This document shows positions 31,337 to 40,402 of a DNA stretch of 64,000 nt, one piece after another. Position numbers and translations under genes: made by a program. This stretch comes from Desulfatiglandales bacterium. Its GTDB lineage: Bacteria > Desulfobacterota > DSM-4660 > Desulfatiglandales > HGW-15. The stretch spans positions 2,464,001 to 2,528,000 of the forward strand of contig CAXXJJ010000001.1 in assembly GCA_963667015.2 (NCBI GenBank), given 5' to 3'. The notes under the pieces were generated by a model. It did not search any database and was not told where the DNA came from. It saw only the letters and a list, made by a program, of their open reading frames with translations. Positions within the stretch are counted from its first letter, which is position 1; every line of letters begins with the position of its first letter.

Positions 31337-32101
31337 GTGGAAGATAGAGACGACTATAACGTAAGGCTGGAGATTTTTGAGGGCCCCCTGGATCTGCTGC
31401 TTCATCTGATACGTAAGAATGAAGTGGATATCTTTGATATTCCTATTTCACTTATAACTGATCAGTATCTTGCGTATATTGACATGATGAAGGCTCTTAA
31501 TATTAATGTGGCAGGTGATTTTCTTGTTATGGCGTCAACCCTTATCCATATTAAATCAAGGCTTCTTCTGCCGGAAAAAAATGAGGACGGTGAAGAGGAA
31601 GACCCGAGAGAGGAACTTACAAGACCGCTTCTTGAATATATGCAGTTCAAGGAGCTTGCAGGGGAGCTGTCGGAAAGGGCGATGCTTGAGCGGGATGTTT
31701 TTCAGCGCAAGCCTGACAAAGACTATTCCGCTGATTTTGAACCAGAGGATCAGCAGATTGAGGTTAATCTCTTCCAGCTCATGGATGCCTTTAAAAGGAT
31801 ATTGGAAAGCAATATACCCGAGGCTGAGATAACATTCCGGGACGCCGGCTTCTCGATAAATGACAAGATAAGCTTTATTCTGGATTTATTAAAAGAAAAA
31901 AAATCATTATATTTTAAAGAACTTTTTGCTGACGACAGAACCCTTGCCGAGTTTGTTATCACATTTCTTGCGGTGCTGGAACTTGTACATATGGGGCTTA
32001 TCAGGGTTTACCAGCCTTCTGTTGAAAGCGATATACTGATTGAAGCCCGTTTTGAAGAAAATGAGGAGATAAATGTCCAAATCGTTGAAGATGATAATTG
32101 A
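31337..32101 (+). CDS. scpA: Segregation and condensation protein A
   Basis: FEGPLDLLLHLI, FLAVLEL. Confidence 0.95.
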   Translation: MEDRDDYNVRLEIFEGPLDLLLHLIRKNEVDIFDIPISLITDQYLAYIDMMKALNINVAGDFLVMASTLIHIKSRLLLPEKNEDGEEEDPREELTRPLLEYMQFKELAGELSERAMLERDVFQRKPDKDYSADFEPEDQQIEVNLFQLMDAFKRILESNIPEAEITFRDAGFSINDKISFILDLLKEKKSLYFKELFADDRTLAEFVITFLAVLELVHMGLIRVYQPSVESDILIEARFEENEEINVQIVEDDN

Positions 32102-33002
32102 GGCTCTGCTCTTTTCATCTGATAAACCACTTACAGTGAAAGATATCCACGACTGTCTGCCGGATGCGGAAAAGTCAGAGATTAAGAATTCTATCAAGAT
32201 CCTGACTCATGACTATGATGCCCTTGAACGCAGCTTTGTACTAAAGGAGGTTGCAGGCGGTTATCAGTTCAGGAGCCGTCCGGAATATGGCTCCTATATC
32301 TTAAGGATGTTTCAGAAAACCCCTAACAGGCTTTCAAGGGCAACTGTTGAAACACTCGCAATAATCGCCTACAAACAACCGATCCTGAGAAGCGAAGTAG
32401 AACGGCTAAGGGGGGTTGATGTAGGAGGCATTATAAGAACCCTTATGGAAAAGGGACTTGTTAAGATAATGGGTCGCAAAGAGCTGCCCGGAAGGCCTCT
32501 CGTTTATGGAACCACAAAAAAATTCCTGGAGGTTTTTGATCTCAAAGACCTCAAATCACTTCCAAAGCTAAAGGAGATAAAGGACTTTGCCGCTGATCAG
32601 TACGAGCCGACCATAATGAACAGGGAAGTCTCAATGGAAGAGGGGAGTGCCCAGGTCGAAGGTTCTGAAGAAGAAAGTATGGAAGAAGGTATCGTAATCG
32701 AGGAAACTCAGGCAGAAGATACCGCTGAAAATGAATCCGATACCGGTGATATACAGGCTGAGGCAGCCGAAACCGGCGAAGAAGCGGAAGAAAGTTATGA
32801 AGAGCCTGAAATGTCTGAGATCCCGGATGACTTAAATGCTGAAGATGAAGAAATGTATGAGCATGAAGCTGATACAGATACTGAGTCAGATATCCCGGAA
32901 CCTCCGGAAGATATGCCTGAGGAGGATGATTCTGTAAAAACAGAGGAAATATCTGCCCCGGAAGACAACGTTGAACCGGAAGAGAATGGAACAGAGACTT
33001 AA
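32073..33002 (+). CDS. scpB: Segregation and condensation protein B with long acidic tail
   Basis: IIEALLF, ETLAIIAYKQP, RGVD, PGRPLVYGTT; E/D-rich C-terminal ~125 aa. Confidence 0.95.
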   Translation: MSKSLKMIIEALLFSSDKPLTVKDIHDCLPDAEKSEIKNSIKILTHDYDALERSFVLKEVAGGYQFRSRPEYGSYILRMFQKTPNRLSRATVETLAIIAYKQPILRSEVERLRGVDVGGIIRTLMEKGLVKIMGRKELPGRPLVYGTTKKFLEVFDLKDLKSLPKLKEIKDFAADQYEPTIMNREVSMEEGSAQVEGSEEESMEEGIVIEETQAEDTAENESDTGDIQAEAAETGEEAEESYEEPEMSEIPDDLNAEDEEMYEHEADTDTESDIPEPPEDMPEEDDSVKTEEISAPEDNVEPEENGTET

Positions 33003-33711
33003 CAGAATACTTTCTCTCGCCGGAGCTGCATCCCGTAGAAAGGCCGATGAGTTTATAAAGAGCGGCCGTGTAATTCTGAATGGCCAAAAGGTATTTGAAC
33101 TCGGGACAAAGGCTGTCTGGGGAAAAGACAGCATTAAACTGGATGGCAAAGAGATACCGGGACCCAGTGACCGGATATATATAATGCTGAATAAACCGTT
33201 CGGTTATATCACATCCCTTTCCGACCCCGAAGGAAGACCTGTTGTTACAGACCTTATAAAGGATATCCCTCAAAGGCTCTACCCTGTGGGCAGGCTTGAT
33301 TTTGACAGCATAGGCCTGCTTTTAATGACCAATGACGGCGATTTTTCCTACCGGCTTACACATCCTAAATATCATGCACCTAAAACCTACAAGGTTACAG
33401 TAGAAGGTAAAGTAAGTGATGAAACCCTGCACAGGCTTCAAAATGGTATTGAGCTTGATGACGGCTTCAGCGGCAGATCAAAGGCAGGCATCATTAAACA
33501 AACCGGATCGCGATCAGTAATAAGGCTGACGATCAACCAGGGGAGAAACAGGCTTGTAAGACGTATGGTTGAAGCGGTTGGTTGTAAAGTTATTCAACTG
33601 ATGAGGACAGGGTTCGGAGGGCTTGAATTAGGAGGTCTAAAAATAGGCAAATACAGATACCTTACCCCTGAGGAAGTATCTGATTTGAAGCGCTCAGTAG
33701 GATTGGTTTAA
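32986..33711 (+). CDS. rluB: RsuA/RluB-family rRNA pseudouridine synthase
   Basis: S4 domain SRRKADE, GRLD catalytic motif, GRNRLVRRM. Confidence 0.85.
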   Translation: MEQRLNRILSLAGAASRRKADEFIKSGRVILNGQKVFELGTKAVWGKDSIKLDGKEIPGPSDRIYIMLNKPFGYITSLSDPEGRPVVTDLIKDIPQRLYPVGRLDFDSIGLLLMTNDGDFSYRLTHPKYHAPKTYKVTVEGKVSDETLHRLQNGIELDDGFSGRSKAGIIKQTGSRSVIRLTINQGRNRLVRRMVEAVGCKVIQLMRTGFGGLELGGLKIGKYRYLTPEEVSDLKRSVGLV

Positions 33712-34160
33712 ATATTGTACATTTAAAATCTGTGCAATCTGTAAAAGCAATTGGTAAATAACATAGACGTTTATGGGTAATTTTCTATTAAACAGGAATT
33801 GCCTGAAATGTTAAAATACTCACTTTGATCTCGCAGAGAACTGGAAACAATATGGATTCGCGAGTGAATAAACCAATTCATCTGCCTTAAAGTTTATCTT
33901 ACCAATGAATGCTCTCGAAAATCGATGAAACATTTGTGAATTTTGACTAACTGACCGGAATATGAACATAAGATTGAAATTCAACTTGACACCATCTAAC
34001 ATTCTATTTTATTTATAAAAAAATGACGGTTTCCTTCCGAGTCATTATGTCTTGCCCAAAATTATTACACATTTAGTTATAGCGAATTTCCAGTATTCTG
34101 TTTTTTAAAACTTGGACAGTGTCGAGATCTATTTACCACTAATTAAAATCGGAAGATAAT

Positions 34161-35948
34161 ATGGGATGCTCAAAATACTTATTTAATATTACCACCTTGT
34201 TATTAATACTCATTTTCAACGTCATGTTTACAGCTTGTGCAAGTAAAGGTCCCGAATTGCTCGAAGCTACAATTAATGGCAGAACCGAAAATGCGAGGCA
34301 GCTCATTAATAAACATGCCGATGTAAACTTCATTTCAAATAATGGTTGTACTCCCCTCCATAATATATCCATTAAAGGGAACCTAGAAATAGCAGAACTT
34401 TTAGTTAAGAATGGTGCCAATGTAAACGCAGTGGATAATAATGGAATGACTCCTCTTCATTATGCCATTGAACATGATCATGTAGACGTTGCAAAACTTT
34501 TAATTGAAAACGGGGCAAACATAAATGCAGTTGCTGTTAATGGATTTACTTCCTTGCATAATGCAACATCTAATTCAAATGTCGATTCAGTAAGGCTTCT
34601 AATAAAAAATGGAGCTGATGTAAATTTAGCTGCAGATAATGGAGCCACTCCTCTTCTAAATACATCTATTAAGGGAGGCTTTGAAATAGCAAAGCTTTTA
34701 ATAGAAAATGGGGCCGACATAAACGCGGTAGATAGTAATGCAATTACGCCTCTGCATAATGCTGTCAATAATGACCATATCGAAATAGCAAAGTTATTGA
34801 TTGAAAATGGGGCAAACATAAATGCTGTTAGCGAAGATACTAAGATTGCCCCCCTGCATAATGCTACATTTAACTCAAATACCGAATTAGTAAAGATCCT
34901 GATTGAAGGCGGTGCCAGTGTAAATTTGGTTGCAAATAATGGCGTCACTCCTCTTATAAACACATCCATTAAAGGTGGCTTTGAAATAGCAAAACTTTTA
35001 ATTGAAAACGGGGTAGACGTCAATGCAGTGGGAGATAAAGGGCTTACTCCTCTACATAATGCCATCTATTATAATCATACCGAAATAGCAAAACTTTTAA
35101 TAGAAAATGGGGCTGACGTTAACGCAGTGGGTGGAGATATTGGAATTACCCCCCTGCATAATGCTGTTTCAAATTCAAACATTGAATTGGTAAGAGCTCT
35201 TATTGAAAATGGCGCCAATGTAGATATTGCTTCAAAAACTGGGATTACTCCTCTTCATAATATATCCATTACCGGAGGAGATCCAAACATAGCAGATTTA
35301 TTGATTAAAAATGGGGCCGATATCAATGCAAGAAGAGATGATGGCATGTCCAGTTTTGAGATCGCATGTTTGAAGGGGAACAAAGATTTAGCATTTTATC
35401 TTTATGATCAGGGTGCAGAAGTGAAATTCGATGACTCATCAGATGAATGCCTGGAGCTAAACGGAATAACTCATCATATATTAGGCGATTATTTTATTAA
35501 TCAAGACAATTCCGAAAAAGCTCATACCTATTATGAAAAGGCAATTCAATACTATGATAAAACAGCTAAAAACTACAGCAGGGATGCAACGAAAAAGACA
35601 TTAAAAAAGGCACTTTTTAAGACACTAGAGTTTACCTTGGCTGTGGGGATGGCATTTGTAACCGCCGAAGTCGCAGGTAGCATGTCGCAGCCCCAAACCG
35701 AAACATGGAGCTTTCCAGATGGCACAACCTATACTATGCAGAGGATAGACACCTTTGCTTTTAGTACACCACTACTATCCGAAAACGCACCAATCGATGA
35801 ACAAAGGGCCTATTTAAAAGCAAAAGCTGAAATATACAAAAGGCGTTCTGCATTATTGACAAAGGTTTCGGGGTGTTTCGATAACCAGATAAATGGTTCG
35901 GATGTCCAATCCTGTATAAAATCAAAGATCGAAGAAGAAAAAATATAA
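34161..35948 (+). CDS. Ankyrin-repeat lipoprotein
   Basis: Lipobox FTAC; about 11 TPLH..A..LLIENGA repeats; TPR-like helices in the C-terminal part. Confidence 0.9.
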   Translation: MGCSKYLFNITTLLLILIFNVMFTACASKGPELLEATINGRTENARQLINKHADVNFISNNGCTPLHNISIKGNLEIAELLVKNGANVNAVDNNGMTPLHYAIEHDHVDVAKLLIENGANINAVAVNGFTSLHNATSNSNVDSVRLLIKNGADVNLAADNGATPLLNTSIKGGFEIAKLLIENGADINAVDSNAITPLHNAVNNDHIEIAKLLIENGANINAVSEDTKIAPLHNATFNSNTELVKILIEGGASVNLVANNGVTPLINTSIKGGFEIAKLLIENGVDVNAVGDKGLTPLHNAIYYNHTEIAKLLIENGADVNAVGGDIGITPLHNAVSNSNIELVRALIENGANVDIASKTGITPLHNISITGGDPNIADLLIKNGADINARRDDGMSSFEIACLKGNKDLAFYLYDQGAEVKFDDSSDECLELNGITHHILGDYFINQDNSEKAHTYYEKAIQYYDKTAKNYSRDATKKTLKKALFKTLEFTLAVGMAFVTAEVAGSMSQPQTETWSFPDGTTYTMQRIDTFAFSTPLLSENAPIDEQRAYLKAKAEIYKRRSALLTKVSGCFDNQINGSDVQSCIKSKIEEEKI

Positions 35949-36025
35949 TCGGTATTAAAAGTTAATTATTAATTTACTAATGATTTATAAACAGAGATTT
36001 AAAATATTTTGGGAGGGTAGAACAA

Positions 36026-36910
36026 ATGCTAAAGTATGGTTTTTTCATAATGATTCTTCTAATAATGTTTACTGGCTGCGGGACCCCGTCCATGGTCAGG
36101 TATGTTCATAATCACGACCCTATAATGGATAAGAATGATGGTGTAATACTCCTGGTAGATGTCTGTAATCAAGTCGATGTACTTGGACATGGTGATTACT
36201 GTATTATAGACGAGTCCAAAGAGGTAGCATCCGCGATCGTTGAACCAATCAAAACCTATCTCGAACAGAATGGTGTTCCTGTAAAAACCGAAATGGTACC
36301 ATTTGTATGCGGTGCATTTGATAACGCAGAAAACATTCCCAGTAAAGTATCTGAAAAAATAGGGGAAGATGTCACTGAAGCCCGTAAACCATATGGCATA
36401 GCCGACTATTTTAAGGAAGATTCGGAATACCTGAAGTCCCTTACAACCCTTTCCACATATGTTCTGGAAAGAAGTGTTTCAGGAAAAACTGAAAATTCGA
36501 TGACAATTATACCTGAAGAGCAATTCAAAGAAGCAGTGAGGATAATCAGGTCAAAGGAAAATGCCTCAAGCTTAATTTATGTAGGCCTTAAAGGAAGAAA
36601 AATATCCGGAGGAAAAAAGTTTACACAGGGCCTTGTGCGCTGGACCACGGGTATTGCTACGGCTGTAGCGACCGCTGGACTGGGTGCCGGAGTCGCAGTT
36701 TCCTACTGGCCGGGAGGAAATGTTGATGGGAAATTCTTTCTTGCCGGTCTGGTTAATCTTGAAACAGAGGAACTGAGCTGGAAAAACTATTATAGTGCAC
36801 AGGGTGACCCACTGGAAGTGGAAGAGATGATCAAGTATTACAAGATTAATACACTACTTAAAGATTTGGTCTATAATAAAGAAACAGTATCTGCTTCAAA
36901 GAAAAAATAA
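36026..36910 (+). CDS. Hypothetical lipoprotein
   Basis: Lipobox FTGC; GGGAGG RBS; Gly/Ala hydrophobic segment. Confidence 0.75.
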   Translation: MLKYGFFIMILLIMFTGCGTPSMVRYVHNHDPIMDKNDGVILLVDVCNQVDVLGHGDYCIIDESKEVASAIVEPIKTYLEQNGVPVKTEMVPFVCGAFDNAENIPSKVSEKIGEDVTEARKPYGIADYFKEDSEYLKSLTTLSTYVLERSVSGKTENSMTIIPEEQFKEAVRIIRSKENASSLIYVGLKGRKISGGKKFTQGLVRWTTGIATAVATAGLGAGVAVSYWPGGNVDGKFFLAGLVNLETEELSWKNYYSAQGDPLEVEEMIKYYKINTLLKDLVYNKETVSASKKK

Positions 36911-37013
36911 CTAACTGTTAATGATGCTTTTTTGATTTCCAGTTTCAAAAGAATTTTCATATCTAACTGATTAAATACACGATATGCTGAATTTACTTTA
37001 TTAGGAGATAATA

Positions 37014-37889
37014 ATGATTCCTTCACAAAACGAAAAAATAAACACAATTCTCTGTGTAATTGTCTTATGTTTTTTAATGTTTAATGGTTGTGCGCCAAAG
37101 AGGACAGATACTATACAGTTAACTACAATTCCTGAAGGTGCAAAAGTGACTGTTAACGAGAGCTATTCTGGTGAAAGTCCGGTTAGTTTTTATCATAAAT
37201 ATCGTATGACTAATGATGAAGATACGATTGATATTTATCTTGAAAAAGAAGGTTACTATCCAACAGCCAGGACTGTTTATCCCCTTGGGCTTGTATCACG
37301 AATAGTAGAAAAGGATTATGTTCGCGGTTCAAATCTGGGGAAAGGGGATACATTCCCTGTAGAGATATACCTGAGACCAGATAGAAGTACTGCGAATTGG
37401 GAAGAAATAAGAACTTCAAACAATTTAGAGGCATTGGAAAATTTTCTAAAAAAATATCCTGATACTACATTTTATTCTGAGGTAAAAAAGGTAATAAAAC
37501 CTTTAGCGTTAGATAGAGAGAAAAATGAATTGGAACGCATCCAGGAAATGATAGATTCATCAGAGCTGGATGAAGTCCCGGTCACTGATATTGCAAAGGT
37601 TGATAATCTTTTTGTCAAGCAAAGTTCGTTTAATCGGAAGACGCTATATTTTAAGGGAGAGGGTAATTCAAAATCGGATCGCGTCACTGCAAAGAAGTAT
37701 AAGCTTGTTAAATTACATGGTCTTCCTGGTAATACTGAAAATATAGTTTCATGGAAAGATAATACGAAAATCAACAATGGTGTCTTATATCGGGAGGATG
37801 GTTCTGTTGTATTAATTGTTCCAAGGGAGGTCCTGCCATGTGAACTGGAGTTTCCGGACGTTCTCTATAACCGGGTGATTGTAAGGTAA
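37014..37889 (+). CDS. PEGA-domain lipoprotein
   Basis: Lipobox FNGC; TIPEGAKVTVN..GESP..LEKEGY. Confidence 0.75.
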   Translation: MIPSQNEKINTILCVIVLCFLMFNGCAPKRTDTIQLTTIPEGAKVTVNESYSGESPVSFYHKYRMTNDEDTIDIYLEKEGYYPTARTVYPLGLVSRIVEKDYVRGSNLGKGDTFPVEIYLRPDRSTANWEEIRTSNNLEALENFLKKYPDTTFYSEVKKVIKPLALDREKNELERIQEMIDSSELDEVPVTDIAKVDNLFVKQSSFNRKTLYFKGEGNSKSDRVTAKKYKLVKLHGLPGNTENIVSWKDNTKINNGVLYREDGSVVLIVPREVLPCELEFPDVLYNRVIVR

Positions 37890-37976
37890 TTAAATAAAAA
37901 CTATGAAGATGTCGTATTGACTGGAGAACTGGGTATTGTAGAAGCTGGTCTATAAAATATAATGTTCTGAACAAAA

Positions 37977-38018
37977 CTTGACTTGAAAGCGATAGTACTA
38001 CACTGCTGTCAAGTCAAG
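37977..38018. repeat. Inverted repeat at island boundary
   Basis: CTTGACTTGA ... TCAAGTCAAG. Confidence 0.45.
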
Positions 38019-38049
38019 GTCGTTTTTCTGGATATAATGCGACTTTTCG

Positions 38050-39003
38050 CTAAACATGATTCTTTAGTTTCAATTCAAAAGGATGAGGATTAAGGTATGT
38101 CTGGTTTTTCAGGTAAGGTTCGTCATACTTCCTTACATAGTGGCTTATAAGTGTTACCGGTACAATAAGCGGAAGAAAACCATCTTTGTAATAATTAATC
38201 TTTTCAAGCAATTCCTGTTTTTTCATCCGGTGTAAGAACCTTTTTAAAGTACCCCATCATGTGCATGAGGACATTGGTATGCCTTATTAGGAGTGGTCTT
38301 GAGTTTTAATGCCTCAAGCATTGTTTCTTCATAGATTTTATAGCCATCTTCAATATTGTTTTTTCCTGCGCCGGCTACTATCTTTCCCATTTGCCTGTAA
38401 TGTTTTTCACTGTGTGCAAAAAACAGGAGCTTATTTTCAGAATGGAATTGTACCAGCCTGCCGGGTGTGTGTTTTCCTTTTGTAATATCCCTCCATCTTC
38501 TCAGGGCAAATACACGCTCTATAAAGTTTTCCCTGAGGCCAGGATCATGCAGCCTGCCCTCATCCTCAACCGGGATAAGGGGGAAAACTGTTCATTAATT
38601 CTCTTGCAAATAATCCCGTGCCCCTGTGGACAGGTATACCATTATCTCTGTATACCTTTACACGTTCCATGCCGCTGCTCGGCGACCTGCTCTTAAATAT
38701 AAATCCGCATAAATCTTCTTTTTTGATCTCCCTTACACGCCTTATTGACCACTGTTTCATTCGTTTTGTAATATCTTTTCTGCTGTTTATGGTCATTAGT
38801 CTGGGGCTGTCAATATCTCCTTCAAGCCTCATGGGTTCTCTCGGTATACCAAGCCCGCACTCTGTTTCCGGACAGACCGGCACATATTCAACAAATGCGC
38901 CAAGGGTATCAGTCAGAAACCTGTCAAGTTTATGGCCTCCGTCATAGCGGACGCTGTTTCCAAGAAGACATGAGCTTATGCCGATTTTAATTGGGGCAGT
39001 CAT
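38050..39003 (-). pseudogene. ybgA: DUF523/DUF1722 (YbbK/YbgA-type) protein with three +1 insertions
   Basis: GISSCLLG..VRYDG, VCPE, KSRSPSSG, then other frames give EDEGRLHDPGLRENFIERVF, HTNVLMHMMGYFK, YLNPHPFELKLKNHV*; shifts near 38580, 38485 and 38282. Confidence 0.85.
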
Positions 39004-39400
39004 AGGAACCTCTATAATATTAATAAACGGTAGCCTATCATCCGGGATGATAAAAGTAAAATAAATGGAGTCATCCTTATGTTACCTCGAAATGACATCT
39101 ATCTATTAGCAATCCCATGATTGCAACAGAATCTGCTTTTATATATAGAATAATTAAGCACGATATAACATAATTAAGCTAGCCCTCTCTTCTCCATGAT
39201 GTATCTATTTACTTGATAGCTCCTTCGCTCTATGGTAATTCTTTCATTTTATTTGAGGTATTTTTCTTTCCAGGGATTATTTAACATGCCCGTAGTAATA
39301 AACAGGATTATAGTGAGAACAACTTCAGATACCGATATAATTGATATCACCTCCAGGGTGTAATTATATAATAGAGTTTAATCTTTTAAGAGGAATATTT

Positions 39401-40402
39401 TTGGCTAAAAAGAAAGAAGATAATTCATCACTCACAAGGAAGATAGATTTTAATGAATATGAACTTCTTAATGTCCTTTTAGGTGAGCAGAATAAACATA
39501 TTAAAATAATAGAAAAGAGGGTCGGTCTCTCAATAAGTTCAAGAGGTACGGAACTGATGCTCAGGGGAGGGGACTGGGAGATAGACCTTGCCGAGAGCAT
39601 TCTTGTTCAATTGTATGAACTGGTTAAAAAGGGATTTCCCCTTTACTCCCAGGATATTGAGCATGCAATAAGGATACTGAGTAAAGACCGCTCTGCCAAA
39701 TTGAAAGATATCTTTCTGGACACCATCTATGTATCATCCAAAAAACGTGTTGTTACTGCCAGGACAGTGAACCAGAAGGAATATATAGAAAGTATCAGAA
39801 ATTACGACATTGTTTTTGCCATTGGGCCGGCGGGGACAGGAAAGACGTATCTGGCAATGGCCATGGCAGTGGCATCCCTGGTTAAAAAAGAGGTGAGGCG
39901 GATAGTCCTGGCCAGACCTGCTGTTGAAGCAGGTGAACGGCTCGGATTTCTTCCGGGGGATTTGAATGAAAAGGTGAATCCCTATCTAAGGCCACTTTAT
40001 GATGCTCTGCATGATATGGTTGATTTTGACGATGCCTCAAACCTCATGGAAAAGGGTGTCATTGAAGTAGCTCCTCTTGCCTTCATGAGAGGCAGGACAT
40101 TGAATGATTCATTTGTAATTCTTGATGAAGCACAGAACGCAACGGCCGAACAGATGAAGATGTTTCTTACCCGGCTTGGTTTCAGTTCAAAGGCTGTCAT
40201 AACCGGAGATATCACTCAGACGGATCTTCCGGCCGGAAAGAATTCGGGTCTTGTCGAAGCCCTGGAAATCCTGGACGGGATAAAGGGTATTAAGTTTATC
40301 TATTTCTCAAGGGATGATGTTGTAAGACATCCCCTTGTGCAGAAAATAATTGATGCTTATGACATAAAAGACAAACAGAGAGAAATCAGAAATGGCAAAT
40401 GA
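39401..40402 (+). CDS. phoH: PhoH-family ATPase
   Basis: GPAGTGKT, RPAVEAGERLGFLPG, MRGRTL, DEAQN; probable TTG start at 39401. Confidence 0.95.
   Translation: MAKKKEDNSSLTRKIDFNEYELLNVLLGEQNKHIKIIEKRVGLSISSRGTELMLRGGDWEIDLAESILVQLYELVKKGFPLYSQDIEHAIRILSKDRSAKLKDIFLDTIYVSSKKRVVTARTVNQKEYIESIRNYDIVFAIGPAGTGKTYLAMAMAVASLVKKEVRRIVLARPAVEAGERLGFLPGDLNEKVNPYLRPLYDALHDMVDFDDASNLMEKGVIEVAPLAFMRGRTLNDSFVILDEAQNATAEQMKMFLTRLGFSSKAVITGDITQTDLPAGKNSGLVEALEILDGIKGIKFIYFSRDDVVRHPLVQKIIDAYDIKDKQREIRNGK

Noticed and set aside
32551..33273. 240-aa minus-strand ORF
   Set aside because: Antisense shadow of scpB/rluB with no protein-like motifs
33992..34085. Possible integron attC site (CATCTAAC ... GTTATAG) before the lipoprotein island
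   Set aside because: Arms are poorly complementary, there are no equivalent sites between the other island genes, and no integrase is present
34478..35065. 195-aa repetitive minus-strand ORF
   Set aside because: Antisense shadow of the ankyrin repeats
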